Positions 45,995 to 55,697 of a stretch of DNA of 64,000 nt are shown one piece after another (the first letter of the stretch is position 1; every line of letters begins with the position of its first letter). The stretch is from positions 115,688-179,687 of IMG/VR virus record IMGVR_UViG_3300050015_000276; one strand, 5' to 3'. A model generated the notes under the pieces. The model was not told the DNA's origin and searched no databases. It worked only from the letters and a program-made list of their open reading frames with translations. The position numbers and the translations under genes were made by a program. The DNA comes from a virus.

Positions 45995-46549
45995 ATGTCA
46001 CTCTGGACTCGTTCCAACAAACCAAAATTCGCACCACACGCTGTAGCAGGTAAAAATGGCTGGATTCATCCTACCACAAACGAGATATTAGAATCATTTA
46101 AAACCAAACCAACAGTGGTAACCACACCAACAATTAATAGTGTGACGCTTTACAATGGTTTTGTTCAAGCAAGTGGAGAACCCAAACAAGATACTCGCAC
46201 ACAAGTTCGAACTGGAGACGTATTAACATTTGCCGTCCAATTTAATACGCAAGTGGTGGTAACAGGACAACCATACCTAACAATAAATTTTAATGGTTCA
46301 CCTCAAAGAGCATATTATAAACCCAAGTCAGGATATGATTTCGGACAAAGTGTATCTGGTGCCACGGGTGGTACTGCTACCTTAATGTTTTATTATAAAG
46401 TACAAAGTACTGACAGTGCCGTTGCTGGACAGGTAACAGTAACTAGTCCATTAGTATTGAATAGTGGAACAATTTCTAGCCTATTGAATACCAATGGGGC
46501 CACATTAACATTTACACTACCTTCTCTTACGACATTGGCAGTGAATTAA
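45995..46549 (+). CDS. Probable virion protein with an Ig-like beta domain
   Basis: MSLW start; Thr/Val/Gly-rich, V.FN..V.VTG.P.L, GT.TL.F.Y.V. Confidence 0.6.
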   Translation: MSLWTRSNKPKFAPHAVAGKNGWIHPTTNEILESFKTKPTVVTTPTINSVTLYNGFVQASGEPKQDTRTQVRTGDVLTFAVQFNTQVVVTGQPYLTINFNGSPQRAYYKPKSGYDFGQSVSGATGGTATLMFYYKVQSTDSAVAGQVTVTSPLVLNSGTISSLLNTNGATLTFTLPSLTTLAVN

Positions 46550-46558
46550 AGGTGATCT

Positions 46559-47026
46559 ATGTCTTTAGATAAATCATTTGCCTCTTTTTTGAAAGAAGAT
46601 AATACTAATCCGACAATACCGTCATCTGGTAATGTAGTCACTGGTTTAAATAGTAAGGAACAAACTCATGCATTAGAAGTTATTAATGGTAGCTTATCTG
46701 CTATTACTGATTCACCAGCATTAAATCCTTATTACTTAGTTGAGCGCGTTAAAGATCGGCTTAAGGTAATGTTAGGTGTTTCTTTTGATAATATTTTCTT
46801 TTTAGGAGATGTTGGATCTTTTGAAAAACCTCTTGTTCCACACAATAGTCTTGTGTCGGTAGAAGGTGGAACTATTCCTCCTAATGACAATGCGTGGCTA
46901 AAGTTATTCCCCCACGGTCTTGCTATTAAATTTCAATTCGTGAAAAGTGGTACTCTTTATAATGTAAATGCTGAGATTGTAGCTAGACCAGATCCACCAA
47001 TATTACTTCCACTGTCAGAAGATTAA
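46559..47026 (+). CDS. Hypothetical protein
   Basis: ORF with RBS. Confidence 0.6.
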   Translation: MSLDKSFASFLKEDNTNPTIPSSGNVVTGLNSKEQTHALEVINGSLSAITDSPALNPYYLVERVKDRLKVMLGVSFDNIFFLGDVGSFEKPLVPHNSLVSVEGGTIPPNDNAWLKLFPHGLAIKFQFVKSGTLYNVNAEIVARPDPPILLPLSED

Positions 47027-47036
47027 CAAATAATGA

Positions 47037-47438
47037 ATGCCAACGGCCAATTTAACCGAGGATAATTTCCAGCAATTCGCCATAAATTCTTATGTAAATA
47101 TACATTGTCATACATTTAAAGAATTTCATGATGATTTGTTGTTGATAAAATATATCAAACGCCTTTTTCGTAAATACATAGTAACAGGCGAAATTGATAA
47201 CAATCGGATTAGGCTGGCCTTGAACCACATTATTATATTTTATAATGTCTTCGAAATACAAGCAGCTACAAGAATTCTTTATTTTAAATTGGAAACTGAA
47301 CTGCATTCTATATTGAAGACATTTTTGAGTTTCTTAAATTTTCAACCAGGCATAGTTCATGGAATAAATGGAATAGATTTGTATTCTAGAGATATTCCTA
47401 TTATAAATAGCATATTGGAAAGGTTAAATGATATATGA
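47037..47438 (+). CDS. Conserved T4-like phage hypothetical protein
   Basis: L.EDNF..FA...Y.N...EF.DDL..IKYIKRLF...L.LNHIII.YNVF. Confidence 0.8.
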   Translation: MPTANLTEDNFQQFAINSYVNIHCHTFKEFHDDLLLIKYIKRLFRKYIVTGEIDNNRIRLALNHIIIFYNVFEIQAATRILYFKLETELHSILKTFLSFLNFQPGIVHGINGIDLYSRDIPIINSILERLNDI

Positions 47439-47641
47439 AAACATATAAGTGTATTGTGGAAGAAATAGGGCTTACCACAGGACCAGGTATTGCCAACTTT
47501 GATCCAATTATGCAAGGAAGACCACCAAAGCGCCGGTCAGTTTTCGAATCTCTTGGTATATGTGAAGAACATAAGCAACCTTTTAAATATCATAATGGTG
47601 AAATGGCTTGTGAAATGTGTGTTGCGAAAGTGGCAAAATAA
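47435..47641 (+). CDS. Small hypothetical protein
   Basis: TT..GIANFDP motif; CxxH...CxxC. Confidence 0.55.
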   Translation: MKTYKCIVEEIGLTTGPGIANFDPIMQGRPPKRRSVFESLGICEEHKQPFKYHNGEMACEMCVAKVAK

Positions 47642-47735
47642 TGACTAAATGCGTTTGCCAAAACAAATACAATAAATAACTTGTGTTTTGTAATTTCTTG
47701 TGATATAATAGGTTTAACGAGTATAGATCTGTACT

Positions 47736-47821
47736 GAGAAGAAAGTTTCTTAGGATCCCGAACCATAAGAAAATTTGGTCGCAGTCCTATAAAAACTTAA
47801 GAGTTGGGAAATTTTCTTCTC
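47736..47821 (+). promoter_or_regulatory. Long-stem structured leader of the primase gene
   Basis: 14-bp stem GAGAAGAAAGTTTC/GAAATTTTCTTCTC with inner TAGGAT/GTCCTA. Confidence 0.5.
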
Positions 47822-47834
47822 CTTCTTTTAAATT

Positions 47835-48854
47835 ATGTCATTATATCTAGATCACAAATATGCCTCTCAAGTATCCTCTCGATTAGAAAAATTCAAACGC
47901 AAAAGCCAACGAATTTATAATTTTCGTTGTCCAATCTGTAAAGATTCCGCAAAAAGTAAAATCAAGGCGAGAGGTTATTTCTATACACAACAAAGTAACC
48001 TTAAATTCCATTGCCACAATTGTTTAGTGGATTGGACATTTAGCCATTTCTTGCAAGAGTTTGCACCGGATATTTTCCAAGAATACGTATTCGAGAAATA
48101 TAAAGAAACCGGAATAAAAGAAGAGACTTATAATGAGTTTGATTTCAAACCACATTTTGCGGAGAATATAAATGATAATGATAATATTCTTTTTAACTGT
48201 AGTAGTATTGATAGTCTCGGAACAAATCATTTCGCTTATCAATATATACAACAAAGAAAAATACCTAAAGATTTCTGGGAAGATATCTGGTATACATCAG
48301 ACTTTAAAAAGATTGTGGATAAATTTGAACCGAAAAATGAGTATGAACTTAAGCCGGATGATCCGAGGATTATATTCCCTTTTCGGAATCAAAAGAAAAG
48401 AATAACGGCTATTCAAGGTAGGTCACTTCAAAAAGGTGGATTGCGGTATATTACTATAAAAGTGGACCATGATGCTCCTAAGATTTTTGGATTGGACCGT
48501 GTCAATCCCCCAAATCGAGTATATGTGGTAGAAGGACCTATAGATTCTTTTTTTCTTCCAAATTCCATAGCGTGTGCTGGTTCTGATTTGAGTCCTAAGC
48601 ATTTGTCATTTTGTAATGATTTGGTTTTTGTATTTGATGCCGAACAACGTAATAATCAATTGATCGAAAAGATGAAAAGATTGGCTGATTCTGGAAGTAA
48701 GATTTGTGTGTGGCCTGAAGATATGCCTGGCAAAGATATTAATGATTTTGTACTTGCGGGGAAGACTTCAGAAAATATTATAGATATAATTAATGCGAAT
48801 ACGTATACTGGTTTATCGGCACGTATTGCACTCAATGAATGGAAGCGAATATGA
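47835..48854 (+). CDS. 61: DNA primase (T4 gp61-like)
   Basis: NFRCPICKDS...KARG.FY...CHNC; TOPRIM VVEGPIDS.F, D.E.RN, KDIND. Confidence 0.95.
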   Translation: MSLYLDHKYASQVSSRLEKFKRKSQRIYNFRCPICKDSAKSKIKARGYFYTQQSNLKFHCHNCLVDWTFSHFLQEFAPDIFQEYVFEKYKETGIKEETYNEFDFKPHFAENINDNDNILFNCSSIDSLGTNHFAYQYIQQRKIPKDFWEDIWYTSDFKKIVDKFEPKNEYELKPDDPRIIFPFRNQKKRITAIQGRSLQKGGLRYITIKVDHDAPKIFGLDRVNPPNRVYVVEGPIDSFFLPNSIACAGSDLSPKHLSFCNDLVFVFDAEQRNNQLIEKMKRLADSGSKICVWPEDMPGKDINDFVLAGKTSENIIDIINANTYTGLSARIALNEWKRI

Positions 48855-49093
48855 CGAAATATAATGTTACTTATTATTTTGGATATGATGAATTACCAGA
48901 AAATGTGAAATTAATAGAAGGACCTCCATATGCCAAATATGATATGCATGGATATTTGGTAATAAGGAATATTGACGGTTCTATTAAAGTGTACCGTGAT
49001 GGAGGAGAACCAGAAGACCAAAGGTTCTCTAGAGATTGGAAATGGGTTAGATTAGAATTGATGAATGCGTATAAGCAGGGTCTTAATTCATGA
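48851..49093 (+). CDS. Hypothetical protein
   Basis: D.GEPED..F.RD..W...EL pattern. Confidence 0.65.
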   Translation: MTKYNVTYYFGYDELPENVKLIEGPPYAKYDMHGYLVIRNIDGSIKVYRDGGEPEDQRFSRDWKWVRLELMNAYKQGLNS

Positions 49094-50985
49094 GCCTACC
49101 AACTGCTAAAATTATTTGTGATTCTATTAGTCCTGATGGAATACGATTAACAACTATGGAATGTAAGTTTCATAGGATGATCTTGGCCGAGGTTAATACT
49201 CACCGGCAATTTTGTTTAGATGGTGATTCTGAATTGTATTTTGACTTGCCTTTATCATGTAAGAAAAATAAACATTCCGTTTTTAAAATGAAATTGTCTG
49301 AATTTTACAAAAAGTGGAATTTTGGGAAGAAATCTAGAAAAAACAATCCAGCATCTATTAATTTGGGAAAACTGAAAAATATTAATATACAAAAAGAATA
49401 TTCTATTCCTGAATTAAAAGAAAAAATTAATTATCATTTTGGTTATGCTATCAGAAAAGGTAAAATTAAAGCTAGATTGGAACAACAAGAATGTTTACGT
49501 TACTGGATTTCAGGAAAAGATATTTTGCAATATTTTGCAAATGCTGAAAATTTTATAAATAAACAACCTGCTAAAGATGGATTAAAAAGGATGTTTATCC
49601 GTCAATTAAACGAAGAAACGGGAAAATATACACATACAAATATAACTGATTGTTGGTCTTCGGGTATAAAGGAATGTTTTAAAGTTACAACACTAAGTGG
49701 TAATTTTATTATTGGAAGTAAAGATCACAGAATTTTAACTAATAATGGATGGAAAACCATTTCAGAATTAGATATTAATAATGATAAATTAGCAGGAAGA
49801 AATGTTGAATTTTACAAATCTTCTAGCCATAAAGTAAATGGTAAATGGGTTAATCAGTGGAATTTAAAGGTTTTACCTGAAGTAAAAGAAAAACAATTTA
49901 ATAAATGCTTTTTTTGTCAACAAAAGATAAAATTAGAAATTCATCATTTGATTCCTGTGTATAAAGATAATACAAAAGCATTTGAAAAAGATAATGTTGT
50001 TGGTGTTTGCAATTCCTGTCATAAAAATCAACACAAAAAACAAGGTTGGCAAAAGGGGCAACAATTATTACTACAATGGGAAACAATTGATTCAATTGTC
50101 CCGGTTGGTAAAAAAGAAACTTATGATATATCGGTGGATGGCCAGTTTTCTAATTTTGTTGCTAATGGATTAGTAGTTCATAATTCACGCAATTCAGCTT
50201 CGAGTCGTGCTATTCCAGTTTCTAAGATGTTAGAACGAGTGGAAACAGATCCAGCGATGCCATTATTTTTTGGAAAGAATCAAGCTGGTATGGCCGCCGC
50301 AGTTGAATTAGATACTGATGAAAAACAAATGGCAATTAATACTTGGTTGATTGCAAGAGATAATGCTGTATCATCAGTAAAGAAATTGCAGGCTATTGGA
50401 TTACACAAACAACTTACTAACCGTCTATTAGAACCATGGTTATGGCATACAGCAATTATTAGTGCCACAGAATGGGATAATTTCTTTGGACAACGTAGTG
50501 CTATCAATCCTGAAACCAATCAACCATATGCAATGCCTGAAATGTATGCCCTAGAACAGGCGATGGAAAAAGCATATTATGAAGGAACACCAAAGTTAGT
50601 TGGCTATGGTGAATGGCATCTTCCTTATATTCAGGAGGAAGATTGGGTTTGGGCAAATAAACAACTTCAATTATTTGATGATTCTGTCGAACTTTGGGAA
50701 ATTCTTAAGAAGATTTCCGCAGGAAGAGTGGCTAGAGTTTCTTACCTTACTCATGACGGAAAAAGAGATCCTTTAGAAGATATTAAACTTGCCGAAAAAT
50801 TAATATCTGCAAAACCTATGCACCCAAGTCCATTCGAGGCTCAGGCGACACCATCCATTTGTTATCCATTAAACAATTCAAAAGGTAACTTTCGCGGTTG
50901 GACTCAATACAGGCATTCTTTTGAAAATGAGAATGTAAAGAATTTTAAATCTAGATTTTTATTCCCAATAATAAATAAGACATAA
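49090..50985 (+). CDS. thyX: ThyX/Thy1-like flavin-dependent thymidylate synthase containing an intein
   Basis: Exteins join to give AEVNTHRQF-SRNSASSRAIP; HKQ..NR.LEP, ARVSY..HDG, GNF.GW.Q.RH. Confidence 0.85.
   Translation: MSLPTAKIICDSISPDGIRLTTMECKFHRMILAEVNTHRQFCLDGDSELYFDLPLSCKKNKHSVFKMKLSEFYKKWNFGKKSRKNNPASINLGKLKNINIQKEYSIPELKEKINYHFGYAIRKGKIKARLEQQECLRYWISGKDILQYFANAENFINKQPAKDGLKRMFIRQLNEETGKYTHTNITDCWSSGIKECFKVTTLSGNFIIGSKDHRILTNNGWKTISELDINNDKLAGRNVEFYKSSSHKVNGKWVNQWNLKVLPEVKEKQFNKCFFCQQKIKLEIHHLIPVYKDNTKAFEKDNVVGVCNSCHKNQHKKQGWQKGQQLLLQWETIDSIVPVGKKETYDISVDGQFSNFVANGLVVHNSRNSASSRAIPVSKMLERVETDPAMPLFFGKNQAGMAAAVELDTDEKQMAINTWLIARDNAVSSVKKLQAIGLHKQLTNRLLEPWLWHTAIISATEWDNFFGQRSAINPETNQPYAMPEMYALEQAMEKAYYEGTPKLVGYGEWHLPYIQEEDWVWANKQLQLFDDSVELWEILKKISAGRVARVSYLTHDGKRDPLEDIKLAEKLISAKPMHPSPFEAQATPSICYPLNNSKGNFRGWTQYRHSFENENVKNFKSRFLFPIINKT
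49213..50184 (+). mobile_element. Intein (324 aa) carrying an HNH endonuclease domain
   Basis: Starts CLDGDSEL; block B S.DHRILT; CFFC...EIHHLIP...N...CNSCH; ends TYDISV...NFVANGLVVHN then Ser+1. Confidence 0.92.
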
Positions 50986-52625
50986 TGCAAACAACACAAT
51001 TTTCAGAATTTGCCAATACTATCCGTCTTCATAAGTATTCTCAAGATTTACCAGAAGGTGGAAAAGAGACTTGGCAACAAACTTCAGAACGAGTTGCAAA
51101 AACTGTTCTGAAGTCTGTTACTAAAAATAAATCTCTTATCAAAAAAGTTACTGATCTAATAGAACAGAGAAAATTTATGCCAGGTGGCCGGTATCTATAC
51201 GCGACTGGCAGACAATACCATCAGGTCCAAAACTGCTTGTTATTAAAAGTACATGATAGCCGGGAAGGTTGGTCGGATTTACTCCAAAAAGCTTCGATGG
51301 CATTAATGACCGGAGCTGGTATTGGGGTTGATTATAGTGATATTAGAGCCGAAGGTTCTCCTATTAGAAAAACCGGAGGCCTTGCTACTGGTCCACTAGC
51401 ATTAATGCAAATGTTAAATGAATGCGGCCGCGGAATAATGCAAGGTGGTTCTAGACGTTCTGCTATTTGGGCGGGTTTGAAATGGAATCACCAAGATATT
51501 ATTAAATTTATACAATACAAAAATTGGATTCCAGAAGTCCGTAAACTGAAGGAACAAGATTTTAATTTTCCTGCAACAATGGATGGAACTAATATATCGG
51601 TTCAATTGGATGACGAATTTTTTAAAGCTTATAATAATGAGAAACATTCTAAACATAATCACGCCCAAACCGTTTATTGGACAGCAGTTCGACAAATGTT
51701 AAAAACTGGTGAGCCGGGATTTAGTATTGATCTCGGAAATAATTCAAATGAAACTCTCCGAAATGCATGTTGTGAGGTATCATCTGAAGATGATTCTGAT
51801 ATTTGTAATTTGGGATCTATCAATTTAGCTAGAGTCACTTCATTGGGGGAAATGGTAGATATTGTTGAAGTAGCTACCGCCTTTTTAATTGCGGGAACGG
51901 TTTATAGTGATGTTCCTTATCCTAAGGTAGACCAAATTCGTACAAAAAATCGCAGGTTGGGTTTAGGTTTACTTGGAATACATGAGTGGTTATTGCAACA
52001 TAATAAAAAATATGGTCCAGATCCTGAATTGGAAGAATATTTGAAAATTTATTCCAAGAGTAATGAATTTGCCGATAAGTATTGTGAGAAGTGGAATCTT
52101 AGTAAATGTAAAAAAACGAGGGCCATTGCTCCTACTGGTACAATTGGCATTATAGCTGAGACAACTACTGGTTGTGAACCTATGTTTTGTTCGGCATATA
52201 AACGCCGTTATTTAAGAGGTAATACATGGCACTACCAATATGTAATTGATCCCATTGCAAAGAAATTAGTAGACCAAGGAATAAAACCAGAAGCGATTGA
52301 AGATAGCTATTCAATAGATCCGGAGAGACGTGTTAATTTTCAAGCGTGGTTACAGAAATATGTAGATCATGGAATAAGTTCTACTATTAATATACCAGCA
52401 TGGGGTTCCGAGAGTAATAATGAAAAGACAGTCCAAGAATTTGGTAAAATGTTATTAAAGTATCTTCCACAATTACGGGGTATTACTTGTTATCCAGATG
52501 GTGCGAGAGGTGGCCAGCCTTTAACTACAGTTTCTTATCAGACGGCTATTAAACATGTGGGAGAAACCTTTTTCGAATCGGCGGATATTTGCGATATTAC
52601 AAAAGGTGGTAGTTGCGGAGCATAA
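50985..52625 (+). CDS. nrdJ: Class II (B12-dependent) ribonucleotide reductase, compact type
   Basis: F.PGGRYL, NC.L, GGSRRSA, NACCE, CNLGS.NL, R.GLG.LG, IAPTGT, GIT.YPDG.R; no beta subunit nearby. Confidence 0.85.
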   Translation: MQTTQFSEFANTIRLHKYSQDLPEGGKETWQQTSERVAKTVLKSVTKNKSLIKKVTDLIEQRKFMPGGRYLYATGRQYHQVQNCLLLKVHDSREGWSDLLQKASMALMTGAGIGVDYSDIRAEGSPIRKTGGLATGPLALMQMLNECGRGIMQGGSRRSAIWAGLKWNHQDIIKFIQYKNWIPEVRKLKEQDFNFPATMDGTNISVQLDDEFFKAYNNEKHSKHNHAQTVYWTAVRQMLKTGEPGFSIDLGNNSNETLRNACCEVSSEDDSDICNLGSINLARVTSLGEMVDIVEVATAFLIAGTVYSDVPYPKVDQIRTKNRRLGLGLLGIHEWLLQHNKKYGPDPELEEYLKIYSKSNEFADKYCEKWNLSKCKKTRAIAPTGTIGIIAETTTGCEPMFCSAYKRRYLRGNTWHYQYVIDPIAKKLVDQGIKPEAIEDSYSIDPERRVNFQAWLQKYVDHGISSTINIPAWGSESNNEKTVQEFGKMLLKYLPQLRGITCYPDGARGGQPLTTVSYQTAIKHVGETFFESADICDITKGGSCGA

Positions 52626-52669
52626 AAATAGTTCTTGCATTCTCAAATATTTTTTGTTATAATGAAGTC

Positions 52670-52912
52670 ATGATAAAAAATAAAGTGTTTTATGTGTATG
52701 CTGAAAATCTTCCAGACTTCCAAGCTGATGTGAAAGAGTTTGGTTCTGGTACTTTGGAAATGTATTCTGACCTTAACCACTTCTTAAATGATGACAACAG
52801 AATTATTAAATTGGAAATAAGAGTTGTTTCGGAAGGCACAGTACAAATGCTTCCTAAGTTTGTGGCTAGCCGGCCGGAACCAGACGAAAAGAAAGTTAAG
52901 AATGAATCTTAG
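52670..52912 (+). CDS. Hypothetical protein
   Basis: ATG after a promoter-like TTGCAT...TATAAT. Confidence 0.55.
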   Translation: MIKNKVFYVYAENLPDFQADVKEFGSGTLEMYSDLNHFLNDDNRIIKLEIRVVSEGTVQMLPKFVASRPEPDEKKVKNES

Positions 52913-53042
52913 TACTCTGGAAAATGAATATGTGGAGCCGGTTGATCCGGCTCCCGTGACTGAAGAAGAAATGGATGAACTGATAGCGTGGTTTGAAAAT
53001 TTATGCCGAGAACTAAATCAACAATGGAAATCTCCGAAATGA
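52902..53042 (+). CDS. Small hypothetical protein
   Basis: Short acidic ORF. Confidence 0.4.
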   Translation: MNLSTLENEYVEPVDPAPVTEEEMDELIAWFENLCRELNQQWKSPK

Positions 53043-53188
53043 TTTCTTTGGTAAAGAGAGATCTTGCCAAATTTGAACACAGTATTAAAAATGCTCCACA
53101 AGAAGTAAAGGGTGAATATAAATCTTGGACTCGAAAGAGTCGAACAAGAATCCGTTCATTAGAAAAGATTTTTAATTCCTCTAAGTAG
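53024..53188 (+). CDS. Small hypothetical protein
   Basis: Helical basic ORF. Confidence 0.4.
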   Translation: MEISEMISLVKRDLAKFEHSIKNAPQEVKGEYKSWTRKSRTRIRSLEKIFNSSK

Positions 53189-53215
53189 AAGTATAATCTA
53201 CTAAAGGAGTTTTAA

Positions 53216-53422
53216 ATGAATATCGAATGTAAGTCTTGTGTAGTTAATTGCCAAATTACCAATTATGATGATTGGTTAGGAATTCATCCTCTTTTTTGTC
53301 CATTTTGCGGAGAAGATCTTGGATATGATATTGACAAGATCCAAGAAAATGAAATGGAAAAATATCTTGATGTGTTATTTGAACCATCAAATGGTGTAGA
53401 ATTGGATTCGGATATATTTTAA
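53216..53422 (+). CDS. Zn-ribbon hypothetical protein
   Basis: C..C...FCPFCG; RBS AAGGAG. Confidence 0.7.
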   Translation: MNIECKSCVVNCQITNYDDWLGIHPLFCPFCGEDLGYDIDKIQENEMEKYLDVLFEPSNGVELDSDIF

Positions 53423-53444
53423 ATATACCACTAAATAGTGGTAT

Positions 53445-53864
53445 ATGAAACCATGGATATACCAAGGAAAACCGGTTGAAGAAATACCTGAAAATGTGGT
53501 AGGATTTGTTTATAACATAACCAATGATAAAACAGGCCAATCTTATATTGGTAAAAAATTTTGTTGGTCGAGACGCCGTAAAAAGGTGGCCGGCCGAAAA
53601 AATAGAAAAGTAGTTGTTAAAGAATCAAACTGGAAAGAATATTTCGGTTCAAGCGAATTTTTAATTGCTGATGCTGAGGAAATCGGATACGATAAATTCT
53701 CCCGCGAGATCTTAAATTGGTATTATATGAAAAAAGATGTATCGTTTGGCGAATTGGAAGAGCAAATTAAGAGAAATGTTCTTACGGCCAGATTGCCAAA
53801 TGGAGATTTTTTGTACTATAATCGTTCGATTCTGGGTAAATATTTCCGATCTACAAAAACTTGA
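53445..53864 (+). CDS. GIY-YIG nuclease (T4 endonuclease II-like)
   Basis: GFVY.IT....YIGKK...ES.WK.Y.GS...F.REIL...YYN..I. Confidence 0.8.
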   Translation: MKPWIYQGKPVEEIPENVVGFVYNITNDKTGQSYIGKKFCWSRRRKKVAGRKNRKVVVKESNWKEYFGSSEFLIADAEEIGYDKFSREILNWYYMKKDVSFGELEEQIKRNVLTARLPNGDFLYYNRSILGKYFRSTKT

Positions 53865-53889
53865 CAAACCAAATTAATTGTGATAATAT
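53861..53889 (+). promoter_or_regulatory. sigma70-like early promoter
   Basis: TTGACA-17nt-TAATAT. Confidence 0.65.
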
Positions 53890-53895
53890 TTAAAT

Positions 53896-54072
53896 ATGCT
53901 AACAAACATATTTTCTATTCTTGCAACAGCCACAATTTTGTGGCTAGCTAGTATTTGGTCTACAAATAGTCGTATAAATGCGGCACTTAAGTATTTTTTC
54001 TTCATCCTTACCATTCTCGGTGTCGTGGTGTCATTGGGACACTTGGGAATCATAGTAGTTAAGTTTCTGTAG
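53896..54072 (+). CDS. 58-aa two-TM membrane protein (missed by the ORF track)
   Basis: MLTNIFSILATATILWLASIW...FFFILTILGVVVSLGHLGIIVVKFL, directly after a promoter. Confidence 0.6.
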   Translation: MLTNIFSILATATILWLASIWSTNSRINAALKYFFFILTILGVVVSLGHLGIIVVKFL

Positions 54073-54075
54073 ATA

Positions 54076-54168
54076 CGATCCCTGCGATTCCCAGACGATC
54101 CTAGAGGGGTTCAGTATAAGGTACGTGGTTTGGGGTGGGTAAGTACTTAACCCTTCAAAAGGAATGCA
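54076..54168 (+). repeat. Dispersed ~94-bp structured repeat, copy 2
   Basis: Near-identical to 15783-15876. Confidence 0.95.
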
Positions 54169-54172
54169 TATT

Positions 54173-54892
54173 ATGAAATTGATTATTCCAGATATTCACA
54201 ATAAAGTAGAAAAATTTAATGAGATTATGGTTCGGTATAACCATATTAAAACCAAAGTTTCACTTGGGGATTGGCATGACAGCTTCGAATGGCAATACGG
54301 CCCTCAAATCGAGGAGACGGCAAGAGTCCAGGCAGATTTTGTTTCTGATCCTAATAATATTTGTCTTTGGGGAAATCATGATTTGGGATATGCCTTTCCG
54401 AAATGTATTGATATTGGATGTTCTGGCTTTGGAGATTGGAAAATTGAACCTATTAATAAATGGATGAAAACTCTTTGGAGTAAAGTCCAATTGGCATTAT
54501 GGCTTGATTATCCTGGTGATAAAGTTTGGTTATTGTCTCATGCGGGTTTTCATCCGCAATTTATATACCCCGATCTTGCTTTTAATAAAAAGTATGTAGA
54601 TAACCTCTGTGACCAGGCTATTCGGTCGGTCCGGGAAGAAAATAGAATAACAAAGTTATTGGAAGTTGGTTATCGCCGAGGTGGTAATTATGGTGCCATC
54701 GGCGGTTGTACTTGGCTAGATTGGCGCGATTTTGTGCCAATACCCGATATTAATCAAATTGTTGGACATACGATAGGTCATTTTGTTCGGGAACATCACA
54801 CAATGAACAGTGAAAATTATTGTATCGATACTCAACTAGAAAATGTTGCCATTATCGATGATGACGGTACCGTAACTATCGAACAAATTTAA
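54173..54892 (+). CDS. Calcineurin-like metallophosphoesterase
   Basis: PDIH, LGDWHD, GNHD, LSHAG, QIVGHT. Confidence 0.88.
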   Translation: MKLIIPDIHNKVEKFNEIMVRYNHIKTKVSLGDWHDSFEWQYGPQIEETARVQADFVSDPNNICLWGNHDLGYAFPKCIDIGCSGFGDWKIEPINKWMKTLWSKVQLALWLDYPGDKVWLLSHAGFHPQFIYPDLAFNKKYVDNLCDQAIRSVREENRITKLLEVGYRRGGNYGAIGGCTWLDWRDFVPIPDINQIVGHTIGHFVREHHTMNSENYCIDTQLENVAIIDDDGTVTIEQI

Positions 54893-54894
54893 GG

Positions 54895-54923
54895 TTGACA
54901 ACCACAAGGCCGTATGCTAAAAT
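54895..54923 (+). promoter_or_regulatory. sigma70-like early promoter
   Basis: TTGACA-17nt-TAAAAT. Confidence 0.75.
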
Positions 54924-54930
54924 ATAGTAT

Positions 54931-55695
54931 ATGGCCTTTCACAGAAAACTTCGAAAACCGACAACGGTATTTGATATCCATGATGTCCTTTATGCTACTC
55001 TTAAAGTTATGGATGATCGTAATGGTTACGTTTCGAAGAAAACAGCAGATGTATCCGGCGAATGTCCAACATCACAATTTGTTTTATCTTTCCTTAAAGA
55101 AGTAAGTATTTCTAGTTCTGGATTTCCTGACGAAATTAAGCAAAAGTATTTCAATAAAGTTTCCGAAATTATTACACATTTCAGCCAACCTCCGGCCGAT
55201 ATGAATGATGAATTTCTCAGGAAAGTGTATGAGTTTTTTATTACTAGGTCCGTATCAGATCGGATGATAGGATTTATTGTTGCATTGCCATCGATGTATG
55301 AACATCTACATCAACGGACAAGTAGTTTAATGAAAATTGCCGAAAAGTATTCCACTAGTAATTACATGGGAGAAATTGGTGTCCGGGATGTATTCTTTGT
55401 GAAGTTACTCGACGTTCAAGAATTCCATAAAGAGGATGATAATGGAGTAGATCAATTACTTTATATCTACCGAGTGTCTGATAAAATTGGCAATATCGGA
55501 TTTTTCTTTTCTAAGAACCCACCGGTGGATAATGAAACTTCTACAGTTGAGAAATTGCCAATTAAGAAATTTCATTGTTTTGAAATTAAGGCGACAGTTA
55601 AGAAACAGATGCCGAACCGTGATACTGGAATTAAGGAAACTCAATTTACGAGAGTTCGAATTGTGGAAGTTGTTGGTGAAGGAACAGAGGAATAA
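54931..55695 (+). CDS. Hypothetical protein with C-terminal OB-like region
   Basis: S.Y.GEIG.R...IKATVK...KETQ.TRV. Confidence 0.7.
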   Translation: MAFHRKLRKPTTVFDIHDVLYATLKVMDDRNGYVSKKTADVSGECPTSQFVLSFLKEVSISSSGFPDEIKQKYFNKVSEIITHFSQPPADMNDEFLRKVYEFFITRSVSDRMIGFIVALPSMYEHLHQRTSSLMKIAEKYSTSNYMGEIGVRDVFFVKLLDVQEFHKEDDNGVDQLLYIYRVSDKIGNIGFFFSKNPPVDNETSTVEKLPIKKFHCFEIKATVKKQMPNRDTGIKETQFTRVRIVEVVGEGTEE

Positions 55696-55697
55696 TT

